NCBI GenBank assembly: GCA_964016885.1
Contig: OZ024741.1
Location: 320,292,001 to 320,356,000, forward strand
Length of the DNA: 64,000 nucleotides
Direction: 5' to 3'
Source of the DNA: Eledone cirrhosa
Taxonomy: Eukaryota
In this document: one piece after another, positions 26,600 through 44,414 of the stretch
How the letters are laid out: the number at the start of each line of letters is the position of its first letter
Position numbering within the stretch: position 1 is the stretch's first letter
Notes under the pieces: model-generated
Told to the model about the DNA's origin: nothing
Databases searched by the model: none
What the model saw: only the letters and a program-made list of their open reading frames with translations
Program-made: the position numbers and the translations under genes

Positions 26600-29559
26600 A
26601 TGTCAGGGGCCTGGTGAAACTCAGCAACATGAGTAAAATTTCCTACCTGGGAGACTTAGCCATAAGCAATCAAGCACTATGCATGGCACTAACCGAAACG
26701 CACCTGACAAGCAGTATAGCAGATGCAGAAATACATATACCGAAATATACTGTATTTCGTTCGGACAGGAAGGAGAGAACTCATGGTGGGGTTGCTCTGT
26801 ATATCCGTGAAGATGTCACACCAATTGTACTGTTGACACATTCAAACTCAGTCTGTGACACACTGATAATACATATGAAGCAACTACAGACGGTAATATG
26901 TGTCACATATCGGCCGCCCGATGCCTCCAGTCATGAGGGTAAATTTGAGGATAGCCTAAGTAGGATAGAAGAGGTCCTTGACAAACTGGACCAGGGTCTC
27001 AACATCCTACTGCTGGGAGACTTCAACCTACCAAAGGTCAAATGGCCTGAGGGCCACCTCCTCCCTGGAATGACGTCAATAGAACAGAGACAGACGGAAT
27101 CCCTGCTGGCCCTCACACACGGGCTGTTCATGGAGCAAGCAATACTCCTCCCAACAAGAGGCGAAAATGTCCTGGACCTCTGTTTTACAAACAACGAAGT
27201 GCTCATCCACAATGTAAAGGTGACACCAACAATTCTCTCGGATCATAACTTGGTAGAGCTAATGATATGTGGTCCAAGAGAACCAACAGAGACAAAACCA
27301 CCAAGAAGCTCCGGGACGCTATCCAGCCTTAACTTCTACGGGGCTGACTGGAAGAAGATTAAGAGTGAAATCCGGAAGCAAACATGGAGTGCAAACATCG
27401 CCACACAAGACACTAACACACAATTTCAACACTTCATGACAACGATACACACCGTATGCAAAAAGTGTGTCCCGGAGAAAGATGCAAACAGACACAAAAA
27501 TCTTATTCCCAGAGATAGGAAAATCCTTATGAGACGTAGAACTAAACTCTCAAACCAGTTGAATAGTCAACAAAACCAAAACAAGAAGGAATCCTATTTG
27601 AAACGTGCACTACTTGACACCGAGATTGCACTCAAGCTTTCACATGAGAATGAGAGGGCAAGGAAAGAGAACAGGGCCATAGAAAACATTAAAACAAACC
27701 CTAAGGCCTTCTTTAAATTTGCAAAAGAAACTGCCTCAGTACACTGCAAGATTGGACCACTCTTCCACACGGACGGTTCATTAACCGAAAATCCCCAAGA
27801 GATATGTGAAATACTGAACGAACAGTACAAAAGTGTCTTCACATGTCCACTGAGGCACATGCAAATAACGAAGCCAGAGGAGTTCTTTGATGCCACAACA
27901 CTACATCAAGCAATGGCAACCATCAACCACATAGACATAACGGAAGAGGATGTGGTGTACGCCATTGATGAAATTAGAACAGACTCGGCTGCTGGACCTG
28001 ATGGATTCCCAGCAGTTCTCCTAAAAATATGTAAGCGGGCCTTAGCAACTCCACTGAAGATGCTCTTCAGAAGCTCCTTGGCTAGCGGTGTACTACCCAG
28101 GGAGCTGAAAGAAGGCACAATATGCCCTATCCATAAAGGAGGTAGTAGAGCGGAGGCCAATAACTATAGGCCAGTCTCCCTGACGTCGCATATCAGTAAG
28201 GTCATGGAGCGAGTCGTCAGAAAGAAACTAATCACTTTCCTCGAAGAAAATGACCGCCTGACTAGCACGCAACATGGCTTCCGCCCAGGAAGAAGCTGCC
28301 TTACACAGCTGCTACATCACTACGACTGGGTACTGAGACAGCTACTAGACAGCTCACATGTAGACGTGATATATCTTGACTTTGCGAAGGCCTTTGACAA
28401 GGTCGACCACGGAATGATATGTCACAAACTACACGGACTCGGCATAACTGGAAAAGTAGGTGAGTGGCTGCATGGCTTCCTGAGGGACAGAAGCCAGGCA
28501 GTCGCAGCAAATGGGGCCCTCTCGAGGGAAACACCGATAACAAGTGGGGTGCCTCAGGGGACAGTCCTGGGACCACTACTGTTTTTGGTGGCTCTCTCGG
28601 ACATGCACTCTGTGGTGCATGCAACAACATCCCTCACTAGCTATGCTGATGACACTAAGGTAGCACAGGCAATCAAAAACCCGGCTGACGCTGCCCTCTT
28701 ACAGCAGGATCTGGATGCCATATACAGATGGGCGGAAGAAAACAACATGCAGTTTAATGCTGGAAAATTCCAAGCCCTACAATACAAACCTGCAAACACA
28801 AACACAAATATAGCGGAACACAGCTACACAGGACCAGGAGGGACCGATATCCCCGTGTCAAAATCGATACGAGACCTGGGCATAGACATGAGCGATGATG
28901 CATCTTTTTCTTCACACATCATGAAGGTGGCGACAGCATGTAGACGATTCGCTGGCTGGATCTTGAGGACTTTCCTTACAAGAGATCGAGACACCATGTT
29001 GACACTGTGGAGGACTTTTGTCCTAAGCCGCCTGGACTACTGCTCCCAGCTGTGGTCACCCCATAGTGTCAAACTAACCACAGAGCTTGAGGCAATCCAG
29101 CGAAGCTACACCAAGAGGATTGCCAAGATGAGGGAGACAAGCTACTGGGAGAGGCTGAAGGAACTGAACCTCTACTCCTTGGAGCGAAGACGGGAGAGAT
29201 ACGCAGTGATCTACATGTGGAAAATCCTGGAGGGACTAGCACCAAACTTTGGCATTGGGAGCTGGACCAACCGTCGAACAGGACGTCACTGTGTGGTGCC
29301 AAAGGTCCCGTCTTCCACATCTAGAATAAGGAGCAGGTATTGCAATAGCCTGGGATTCAAGGGCCCTCAACTCTTCAACAGGCTGCCGAGGCATCTGCGA
29401 GACTTGCATGACGTGGAGGTGGATGTCTTTAAGAAACATCTCGACACCTTGTTATCCAGGATCCCGGATGAGCCCACAGCAAGACACGAGGGAAACCTAA
29501 GGGCAGCAGCAACAAACTCCCTCCTACACCAGTGGCCAACCTATACAGGCTGGAGATAA
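26518..29559 (+). CDS. LINE ORF2, APE endonuclease + reverse transcriptase, uninterrupted (true start uncertain; frame open from 26329)
   Basis: [26 protein letters not shown] (APE); [51 protein letters not shown] (RT). Confidence 0.95.
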   Translation: MAAADTRPGVIPTAITGTPKVTPVLLLNVRGLVKLSNMSKISYLGDLAISNQALCMALTETHLTSSIADAEIHIPKYTVFRSDRKERTHGGVALYIREDVTPIVLLTHSNSVCDTLIIHMKQLQTVICVTYRPPDASSHEGKFEDSLSRIEEVLDKLDQGLNILLLGDFNLPKVKWPEGHLLPGMTSIEQRQTESLLALTHGLFMEQAILLPTRGENVLDLCFTNNEVLIHNVKVTPTILSDHNLVELMICGPREPTETKPPRSSGTLSSLNFYGADWKKIKSEIRKQTWSANIATQDTNTQFQHFMTTIHTVCKKCVPEKDANRHKNLIPRDRKILMRRRTKLSNQLNSQQNQNKKESYLKRALLDTEIALKLSHENERARKENRAIENIKTNPKAFFKFAKETASVHCKIGPLFHTDGSLTENPQEICEILNEQYKSVFTCPLRHMQITKPEEFFDATTLHQAMATINHIDITEEDVVYAIDEIRTDSAAGPDGFPAVLLKICKRALATPLKMLFRSSLASGVLPRELKEGTICPIHKGGSRAEANNYRPVSLTSHISKVMERVVRKKLITFLEENDRLTSTQHGFRPGRSCLTQLLHHYDWVLRQLLDSSHVDVIYLDFAKAFDKVDHGMICHKLHGLGITGKVGEWLHGFLRDRSQAVAANGALSRETPITSGVPQGTVLGPLLFLVALSDMHSVVHATTSLTSYADDTKVAQAIKNPADAALLQQDLDAIYRWAEENNMQFNAGKFQALQYKPANTNTNIAEHSYTGPGGTDIPVSKSIRDLGIDMSDDASFSSHIMKVATACRRFAGWILRTFLTRDRDTMLTLWRTFVLSRLDYCSQLWSPHSVKLTTELEAIQRSYTKRIAKMRETSYWERLKELNLYSLERRRERYAVIYMWKILEGLAPNFGIGSWTNRRTGRHCVVPKVPSSTSRIRSRYCNSLGFKGPQLFNRLPRHLRDLHDVEVDVFKKHLDTLLSRIPDEPTARHEGNLRAAATNSLLHQWPTYTGWR

Positions 29560-29633
29560 AATGTGTAGCAACAAGGGCGGTGCCCCAGCATGGCCTCAGC
29601 CGGATGGCTGAAACAGGTAAAAGAGTAAAAGAG

Positions 29634-33375
<3,742 letters not shown>

Positions 33376-33396
33376 TATATATATATATTTATATAA

Positions 33397-33513
<117 letters not shown>

Positions 33514-34266
33514 TATATATGTGTGTGTATATATATATATATACAAATGTACAAACTTACGTACATGTTTTAACGATTTTACTATTGTGTATTTAGATGT
33601 TTGCGCTTGTGTAGTTAAGAGAATTAGGAGAAACTGCTACGCATGCGCCTCTCCTCCAGCGCTACAGCTTTTCATACGCCGACCATCTATCTTCACTAAA
33701 CCTAATCGATTACTATTGTTAAGCGGGGCGCATTTCTACGTAACAATATTATTGTTATCGATTAGAAACAAGGATGCCAACGAATGGTTATTGGAAAGTT
33801 ATTGTTACTGCTATGAACTTACTACCACTGCGACCATTTCTCTTAGAAACACTTTTCCCAGAAAGTTGATGGGAGCAAATACTGCTAGATGAGATGAAAT
33901 GATAGATTTCTAAATATTGTAAGGGCTTAGATAAACGGAAACAATATAGTTTACATTTATTTGTCAATTTCGCTACATATGTATTTATAGGTCCATCTTT
34001 CTATTTATCTACGTGTTCATCAAGCTATCTTTTTATCTAGGTATCTCTTAGACTATATATATATCTCTCTATCTCTTTCTCTCTCCTCTCTCTCTCCTCC
34101 CTCTATCTCTATTTCTACACACACACACACACACACCACACGCACATATATATATATATATATATTATTATATATATATGTATATATATATATATATGTA
34201 TACATATATATATTTGTTTGTCTCACTCTCTCTCTTTATCTATATAAATAAATAAATATATATATA

Positions 34267-34309
<43 letters not shown>

Positions 34310-34363
34310 TTATTTATATAGATAAAGAGAGAGAGAGTGAGACAAACAAATATATATATGTAT

Positions 34364-34507
<144 letters not shown>

Positions 34508-34580
34508 ACATATATATATTTGTAAATATATGTATACATATATATATTTGTAAATAAATATATATATATATATATATATA

Positions 34581-36635
34581 GTAGAATAATCGAGTATCGA
34601 AAAATCGGCGCACGAGTTCACGATAAACAAAATTCGAGATGATCGGCAGAGGGCTCTATAATTCAAATAAATTAGAGCTATAACTATCGTTAAAATACCG
34701 TCACACGTAGAATATGTCTACAATCAACCAAATAACCGAAAAGTTCGATATGGAAGATTCGGGCCACTCAGATAAATTATCAATAAATCAATAAATGAAA
34801 TGAATGTAAAATGCATACCCGGACCCACTAGAGAGATGGAATATCTAGCTTCTTGGGTTTCTGTAAATCCTTAAACCGTCATCTATCAGCTCATATAAAA
34901 ATATAAGCCTTACAGAAAATGGGGGACTGGAGTTACTTCATCAACGAGCTTCGTCCGAATGGATAAAAAGATAAGACCCAGGCTAAAAATACGCACATGG
35001 ATTTCAGCAAGGGAGATAACCTTTATATCCGCAAAAATATTCGGAAAAATGTGACAAAAACACATATCGAATAAGAGTGCTCAATAGACATGTTAAAATA
35101 AACAGGGGCTATTCATCATTTAATAGAATCGACAGAAAATGAACAATAAAATTAACTGGTCAATAGCTAAGTCTAGAGCTAAATATAGTAGAATAATCGA
35201 GTATCGAAAAATCGGCGCACGAGTTCACGATAAACAAAATTCGAGATGATCGGCAGAGGGCTCTATAATTCAAATAAATTAGAGCTATAACTATCGTTAA
35301 AATACCGTCACACGTAGAATATGTCTACAATCAACCAAATAACCGAAAAGTTCGATATGGAAGATTCGGGCCACTCAGATAAATTATCAATAAATCAATA
35401 AATGAAATGAATGTAAAATGCATACCCGGACCCACTAGAGAGATGGAATATCTAGCTTCTTGGGTTTCTGTAAATCCTTAAACCGTCATCTATCAGCTCA
35501 TATAAAAATATAAGCCTTACAGAAAATGGGGGACTGGAGTTACTTCATCAACGAGCTTCGTCCGAATGGATAAAAAGATAAGACCCAGGCTAAAAATACG
35601 CACATGGATTTCAGCAAGGGAGATAACCTTTATATCCGCAAAAATATTCGGAAAAATGTGACAAAAACACATATCGAATAAGAGTGCTCAATAGACATGT
35701 TAAAATAAACAGGGGCTATTCATCATTTAATAGAATCGACAGAAAATGAACAATAAAATTAACTGGTCAATAGCTAAGTCTAGAGCTAAATATAGTAGAA
35801 TAATCGAGTATCGAAAAATCGGCGCACGAGTTCACGATAAACAAAATTCGAGATGATCGGCAGAGGGCTCTATAATTCAAATAAATTAGAGCTATAACTA
35901 TCGTTAAAATACCGTCACACGTAGAATATGTCTACAATCAACCAAATAACCGAAAAGTTCGATATGGAAGATTCGGGCCACTCAGATAAATTATCAATAA
36001 ATCAATAAATGAAATGAATGTAAAATGCATACCCGGACCCACTAGAGAGATGGAATATCTAGCTTCTTGGGTTTCTGTAAATCCTTAAACCGTCATCTAT
36101 CAGCTCATATAAAAATATAAGCCTTACAGAAAATGGGGGACTGGAGTTACTTCATCAACGAGCTTCGTCCGAATGGATAAAAAGATAAGACCCAGGCTAA
36201 AAATACGCACATGGATTTCAGCAAGGGAGATAACCTTTATATCCGCAAAAATATTCGGAAAAATGTGACAAAAACACATATCGAATAAGAGTGCTCAATA
36301 GACATGTTAAAATAAACAGGGGCTATTCATCATTTAATAGAATCGACAGAAAATGAACAATAAAATTAACTGGTCAATAGCTAAGTCTAGAGCTAAATAT
36401 AGTAGAATAATCGAGTATCGAAAAATCGGCGCACGAGTTCACGATAAACAAAATTCGAGATGATCGGCAGAGGGCTCTATAATTCAAATAAATTAGAGCT
36501 ATAACTATCGTTAAAATACCGTCACACGTAGAATATGTCTACAATCAACCAAATAACCGAAAAGTTCGATATGGAAGATTCGGGCCACTCAGATAAATTA
36601 TCAATAAATCAATAAATGAAATGAATGTAAAATGC

Positions 36636-36638
<3 letters not shown>
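34581..36638. repeat. Head-to-tail array of a 607-bp non-coding unit, ~3.4 copies, inside (TA)n
   Basis: GTAGAATAATCGAGTATCG starts at 34581, 35188, 35795 and 36402. I saw no differences between copies by eye. Confidence 0.95.
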
Positions 36639-36670
<32 letters not shown>

Positions 36671-36878
36671 TTAACATCTAACTATATACCTCAGTCTCTC
36701 CACCATTATCTCATCGCTATTACGATTGACTGTATACATGAATTGCTTTAGAATTAGTTCCACCACAACACGCTCTTTCAAATTGACTTCAATAAGACTT
36801 TGTAAATGTATGAGTATGAGTGTGTTTTTGTATCTGTTGCGTTTTGTGTGTGTATGTGTATGTATATATACATGTGTG

Positions 36879-36919
<41 letters not shown>

Positions 36920-36920
<1 letters not shown>

Positions 36921-38801
36921 AGCGGCGATGAATTAGTTTAGCGAGGTTTATTATATGAAATCGTGTGTCGAAACAAATATTGTTATACTTGGGTAGGGTC
37001 ATATTTGTGTCAGCATCGGCGTCAGCATAGCTGGTGATGTTGCCAACCTTTTCATGGTATGGTGGGAAAGGAGACTTAAAGATCTCCTTAATGAAAGCTC
37101 CATAGACCTCATCATGTACTCTCGTTATGTAGACGATATCAATATAGTTATAAGAACACCCCCACTAGAGAGCACTAACAAGTTTGAATTAGAACGTAGC
37201 CCGATGGAAAGCATCCAGCAGATAGCTAATTCCATACACCAGAGTATAACTGTAACTATCGACTTCCCTTCCAAACACCCTAACAATAGACTACCTGTAT
37301 TAGACACGGAACTCTCGATTAACACTATAGACGAGAGAGCCCAAATTCTCCACTCACACTATGCTAAACCCATGGCCTCCAAATACCTGATACTCAAAAA
37401 CTCAGCAATGTCCAGTAGTGCTAAGTTTAATATTCTGATCGCAGATTTGGTACGAGTGATGAAGAATGTGTCCAGCATGTGCGACCCAACAGAAATGGAA
37501 AGACACATCCAACACTTCATCAACCGCATGCAGTTCTCTGGCTACAACCAAAGAGACAGAGTTAGAGCATACGAAGGAGCCATGGAAAAGTATAAGACCC
37601 TCATAAAACTGGACATGAAAGGAATTTGCCCATTATACAGGAGCAAATCATGGAATAGCTTAGATAGGGCTAGACATAAGATAGGGAAGGCCACATTATG
37701 GTACGACAACCAGAGATATCAGAGTGTCATGTTTGTGGACGCCACCCCTGGAGGGAAATTATCTAACCAGTGTAGAAAGGCCCTGAGAAAGAACTACTTA
37801 AAAATAAAGGTGGTAGAAAAGCCAGGAACCACCATAAAATCCCTGATCAGCAAAACCTACCCCTTTAAGAAAACCCACTGTACCAATAGGAAATGTATCA
37901 TATGTAAGGTGAACCCCCGGATAAACTGTAAAACTAGAAACGTAGTCTATAGCATAAGATGTACAGAGGGTACTTGCAGAAACATGACAACAACATACAT
38001 AGGCGAAACAGCTCGTAGCATAGGTGAAAGGATAGACCAACACTGGGGCGAACTAAAAGGACGAAAAAACGGGTCAGTACTATACGAACATGCTAGACAA
38101 CAACATGACGGTAACATAGACAACATAGAAATTAGAATAATATCTAAACATAGGAATGACCCAGCAGATAGGCAAATCAGAGAGGCCAGTGAAATAGAAA
38201 TTAGAAGACCAAAGCTAAACAGAAAGAATGAGTGGAACAACAACAACACCCAAACAAACAATACTGACCTAAGAGAAGTATAAATAAGTAAATAAAATAA
38301 AATAAAATAAGATAAATAAATACATACACAAGCACAATAACAACAAGCACATAAACACACACTAGTCACCCAGCAGACACAACACTATACACACTAGTCA
38401 CACAGCAAACGTAACACTATACACACACGCAAACGCATGCGCAAAGAAGACAAAATAAAATAAACAAACAAGCAAATAAATAAATAAATATATAGACAGA
38501 CTGAATAAAAAATGGCGTAGACATACAACACAACAGGAGGAAAAAATATAACACCACTGACGATGTTGCAGATGTGCAACGAAAGATTTATGTAAATTAT
38601 GTAAACTATATATATGTGTTTGTGTCTATATTGTATCTGTATTATTTTTGACCGTCGGTCAGTCAATGGCAACATTGAGGACCGAGTAAGTTAGATCGCA
38701 GATATAAAAGACAGCGAGAAGCGAAAACCAACCAAACAGTGAGTGTGTTCTGTTATTAATTCTGGCAATATTACACAAATATGACCATCCCCAAGTATAA
38801 C
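36920..38801 (+). mobile_element. 5'-truncated Penelope-like element family B with inverted terminal segment at its 5' end
   Basis: 36983-37010 is the reverse complement (1-2 mismatches) of the 3' end 38773-38800. RT/GIY-YIG ORF in between; HHR motif at 38557-38584; (TA)n flanks. Confidence 0.9.
37015..38283 (+). CDS. PLE RT (from motif B) + Cys-rich linker + GIY-YIG endonuclease, 5'-truncated but open
   Basis: IGVSIAGDVANLFM, RYVDDI, LPVLDT, CTNRKCIIC..C, NVVYSIRC..C..TYIGETARSIGERIDQH, EH..H, REASEI, LNRKNEW. Confidence 0.9.
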   Translation: MGVSIAGDVANLFMVWWERRLKDLLNESSIDLIMYSRYVDDINIVIRTPPLESTNKFELERSPMESIQQIANSIHQSITVTIDFPSKHPNNRLPVLDTELSINTIDERAQILHSHYAKPMASKYLILKNSAMSSSAKFNILIADLVRVMKNVSSMCDPTEMERHIQHFINRMQFSGYNQRDRVRAYEGAMEKYKTLIKLDMKGICPLYRSKSWNSLDRARHKIGKATLWYDNQRYQSVMFVDATPGGKLSNQCRKALRKNYLKIKVVEKPGTTIKSLISKTYPFKKTHCTNRKCIICKVNPRINCKTRNVVYSIRCTEGTCRNMTTTYIGETARSIGERIDQHWGELKGRKNGSVLYEHARQQHDGNIDNIEIRIISKHRNDPADRQIREASEIEIRRPKLNRKNEWNNNNTQTNNTDLREV

Positions 38802-38848
38802 TATATATATACATATATAAATATATATATATCTTTTTTTATATCTTT

Positions 38849-39297
38849 TTTTAACCTACAATCCTTCGTAAAATTCGATCCTGTAGATATACTGTCGCAC
38901 ACACCACCATCGTCACCATTAGATACAACTCCATACTTCAACAATCATTAACATCATTAACATCACCAACACATATCATCCCTCACTCCCAGAACGACTG
39001 TGTTATAGCTGCCCTCTCTGTCAGCTTTACCTTGTAAAAAAAACCGTAACATCAGATCATGTAAATATATTGTTGAACATATCACCCCATCGGCACCACC
39101 ACCACCATGACCACACACATCGCTATATGTTCACAACCTTGTTTTCCCCGTGATCCCTATGTCACTTTTTAACCTGTAACCCATCGTATAATTCGATCCT
39201 GTACATTTTTTGTCGCACACAACACCTCCACCGTCACCACAAGGCACATCCCCATACTTCAACAATCATTAACATCATTAACATCACCAACACATAT
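38849..39297. repeat. Imperfect ~130-bp direct repeat pair
   Basis: TTTTAACCT..ATTCGATCCTGTA..CCATACTTCAACAATCATTAACATCATTAACATCACCAACACATAT at ~38849-38977 and ~39167-39297. Confidence 0.75.
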
Positions 39298-39423
39298 ATT
39301 TCCCTCCCTAAACAACGCAAGTGTGTGTGTCTGTGTGTAAGTATATTTATATGTACAACGCCATCTCCATTGGCTCTCCCCCCTCTCTCTATGTACTACG
39401 CCATCACCACTGGCTCCCCTCCC

Positions 39424-39454
<31 letters not shown>

Positions 39455-40123
39455 CAAATGTATATATATTTATATATATACGGGGTAACAAATAATAGTT
39501 ATATGCAGTCCACTTAGGTGTAGTCCACAACCCTCGCCAAAAAAATATGGGAACTGAAGGACAACAACACTAACTACAGTATTAACTGGTCGAAGTTGTC
39601 GGCTGCTAAAACCTATAGTACAGGTATGTCCCACTGCGGGCTATGTGATCTAGAACTAATGTATATCCTCAAAAATGTAAAAAGGCTACTTAACAATAAG
39701 TTAGAAAGATCTATCTTCTGCAGACATAGAATTGTCACTAAATTCATAAGATTCAAACCTCCGTGAATCGAACCAACATAACATAGCTTTAAACTAGGAT
39801 ACCCACTACCCTGCATAAATCACAACAGAAATATACTCATTAAGTACACTCGAGCCTTCACAGTTCTATACCACACAAATGTCTGTAAGTACCTCATCAA
39901 CCCATAAACTTATTCCTTCTCAGCTGCTGCCATCACTTGATCCTAAATCCTAGAATTTCTCAAATCACTACTACAATGTAACTTTACCTTCCTTTTGCCA
40001 TAATTACAGTCAGCATGTTTATCTCTTTGCATGTATGTATGTATGTATTTGTACGAGTGTATATTGATGTGTATGTATATGTCTATGTACACGTGCGTGT
40101 GTATATATATATATGTGTGTGTA

Positions 40124-40198
<75 letters not shown>

Positions 40199-40654
40199 CC
40201 TCCTTAACCTCTGTATTAACTTGCCCATTATTTAGCTTTGACAGTGTTGTCCCATTCATGTATGTTATTGAAGATGAAAAGAAAGACTGTATTCTCATCT
40301 AATGTAGACCACACAAATTCTACTCAATGATAAATACTTCGTCGGTCAGATAAATACTGAACATTACGGCCACCTGACCTACACTGTTGATAAACACCGG
40401 CTTATCTTTAAAATTGATATAATACACCCTACGACACTCCTTACATGTCAACCTTATACTTCTGCTTCATGTCAGCTAGTTTTACACGCCGAAATCTTAG
40501 ATACACTATACCCTCCACCTAATGTAATGTCAGGGTCTCCTCAAATAATTTATTACTAGCATTGTTGTAATTGTTGTTATTGTTCTAACTGAATGCCATT
40601 ACTACTTCATATAGTAGCCTGTATATTCCTTTCATGCCTGTATATCCTCTTCAT

Positions 40655-40775
40655 TCTCGCATGCTCCGAAGAACTGACTGGTTATAATTTTGTATTGGCG
40701 ATCGAGTAAGGTGAAAACAAGCGAATAGAGATCTCTAGACCTACCAGTTCAGAGAAACAATTGTCAGCAATGAGA
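40655..40775 (+). ncRNA. Hammerhead-like motif with extended stem II (core variant CCGAAGA)
   Basis: CATGCT-CCGAAGA-A-CTGACTGGT...ACCAGTTCAG-A-GAAA-CAATTG-TC-AGCAATG: stem I, long stem II, palindromic stem III, GUC site. Confidence 0.6.
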
Positions 40776-40821
40776 TTAAAAACCTTTTTTGTATAGCAAA
40801 ACATGTCAATCTTCTTTCCTG

Positions 40822-40882
<61 letters not shown>

Positions 40883-40883
40883 T

Positions 40884-41670
<787 letters not shown>

Positions 41671-41905
41671 CAAATATATATATATTTATAAAACCATATT
41701 TATTTTATTATACATATTTGGTTGCTCTTGAAATATGTATAATAAAAATAAATATGGTTTTATAAATATAGTTTCCATTTATTAATATATTGTGTATTTA
41801 CTCCACTGAACGGTTGAGTGCTTTATATCAGTTATAAAAATGTTTAAGCTTGTTGAATCCCAACAAATTAAATATAACCTCTGCATATATATATATATAT
41901 ATATA

Positions 41906-44414
41906 GACACATTTAATAACTTGCAGGACACATTTAATAACTTGCCCAGCCATGACATCAAACTACTGATCGGTGATTTCAATGCTCAGATTGGCTGGAA
42001 CAGACAGGGACTGGAACAGGTCACTGGGCCATTCGTTTCCGCTGCAGTCACCACAGACAACGGCGAGAGACTGCAGCTGGTTTGTGCCATCAACAGCTTG
42101 TGCATTAGCAACACCTATTTCAAACACAAGGCTACCTGGCAGTCTCCGGACCAGAAAATCCGAAACGAGATCGACTACATCTGTATCAACCAGCGCTGGC
42201 GGTCCTCGGTACGTGACGTCAGAGTGTACCGAGGTGCGGACGTGGACTCAGACCATCACCTACTGTGTGCGGAACTTCATCTGCGCCTGAAGAACGGACA
42301 CGACAGAAAAGACCAAAGCCATATGTAGTGGAGAAACTGAAGTTTCCCGGTCAAGCGCGACTGTACCAACTGGCGCTACAAAACCGACTCCAACAGTTGA
42401 GTGAGGCTGCAGATCTGGAAGATCAATGGACGATGTTCACGACAGCGGTGACTGAGGCAGCACAAGAAACTATTGGCCGAAGACGAGCAACGAGGAGGGA
42501 AAAATGGATCCAAGAACCAACGTGGGACCTAATTGACTGAAGAAAAAACCCAAAAGTCGAGCGAGATTCTTCCAGATCGGAGGAAGACCAAAAGAAAAGA
42601 GATGCCGTATACCGCCAAATCGACCGACTGGTAAAGCGAAGCTGCTGGCGGGACAAACGTGACTGGCTGGAGAAAAAGGGTTCTGAGGCAGAGGAAGCTG
42701 CTGGTCGAAACGATACAAAAGCACTGTTCCGCATCGTGAGGGAGTTGACAGGAATGTCGAGCGGTGCCAGCATGCCAGTGAAGGACAAAAATGGCTAGAC
42801 GTTGACCACTGGAGTGGAACAGGAGCGGAGGTGGATGGAGCACTTCCGGGAGACGCTGAACCAACCAAATCCGGTCGCCCTGATAGACATGACCGCAGAG
42901 ACTCCAGCAACCACTGAGGTACTCAAGCGCGGACCATATCACCAAGCAAGAGACGAGAGAGCGATTCGCCACTTGAGGAACGGCAAAGCAGGCGGACTGG
43001 ATGAGATCTCTGCTGAGCTGCTCAAATTCGGTGAGGAGAGCACGATAACAGCGTTGACAGACTTGATGAACCACTGCTGGAGGGTTGGTCGGGTTCCCCT
43101 AGAATGGCAGCGCGGTGTCATCGTCAAACTGCTGAAGAAGGGAAACCTGACAGACTGCAATAACTGGCGTGGTATCACATTGCTGTCAGTCCCAGGCAAG
43201 GCGTTCTGCACTGTGCTGCCGCGTCGACTCCGGCAGGCTGTCGACTCTGTGCTCCGGGAGGAACAAGCCGGCTTCCGAAAAAATCGATCTTGCATGGAAC
43301 AGATCTTTACACTACGCAACATTCTCGAACAATAGGTTGAGCTACAACAGCCTTAGGCGGTCAATTTTATTGATTTCCAGAAGGCATTCGAGAGTGTACG
43401 CCAGGAGTCGCTGTGGAATATTGCGCAACTGTACGGCATTCCTGCAAGATACATCACCATTTTCAAGGCCCTGTATGAAAACTCCAGCTGCTGCGTGCGG
43501 AATAAATCCGGTGTGACGTAGTTCTTTGACATTGTCTCCGGAGTCAGACAGGGTTGCATTCTCTCTCCGCTGTTGTTCCTGCTGGCAGCCGATTTCGTAG
43601 TAAGGCGAATGGATGAAGGACTCGGTCGAGGAATCCCAGTCGAGGCCGTGGGACCTGGCATTCGCCGATGACTTCGCTTTGATCGCTGAAAACAGTGCAG
43701 ATCTGCAGGCCCTAACAACATGCCTACAAGAGAGTGCGGAAATGATCGGTCTGAGAATCAACACCAAAAAGACCAAGGTCATGAGAACAGCCAGCAACTC
43801 GGGGAAGATGATCACTTCACCTATCTAGGCAGCATCCTGACAAGCAGCGGCGACGCGGAGCTCGACATCAACTGTTGGATCAGCAAAGGAGCCGCAGTTT
43901 TCCAGCGGCTGTGCCCAGTCTGGTCGTCATCATGCATTAGCTCCAAGACCAAGCTCCGCCTGTACAAGAGCATCGTGTTGCCGACAGTGCTTTATGCGAG
44001 CGAGACCTGGAAGAGTACGGCAAAAATAGAGAGACGGCTGAACACTTTCCACCAGTGGTGCCTGCAAAAGATCCTTCGTGTGTCCTGGCACGACCGAGTG
44101 GGAAACGAGGAGATCCTGCGGAGAGCCGAGTCGTGGACGCTACAGAGAGTGGTCACGGAGCGTCGGTGCCGTCTGGCTGGCCATATTCTGCGTCTTCCAA
44201 ATGAACGACATTCGAAAACAGCGATGAACTGGACTTCGCCTGGCGGTAAACGGAGGCAGGTTTGCCCAAGGATCACCTGACGATGAGCGTTCCGGAAGGA
44301 CCTGATGGCAGTCAACATCACCTGGCACGGTCTCGAAAAAATTGCCGCTGATCGTAACCGTTGGCGAGTACTTACTGTTCGATGCGCCGAACGGAGCGGA
44401 AGAATCTAAGACTA

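Noticed and set aside
34581-36638. CRISPR array or rDNA/5S repeat
   Set aside because: Units are identical end to end with no unique spacers, and I recognise no rRNA/snRNA sequence.
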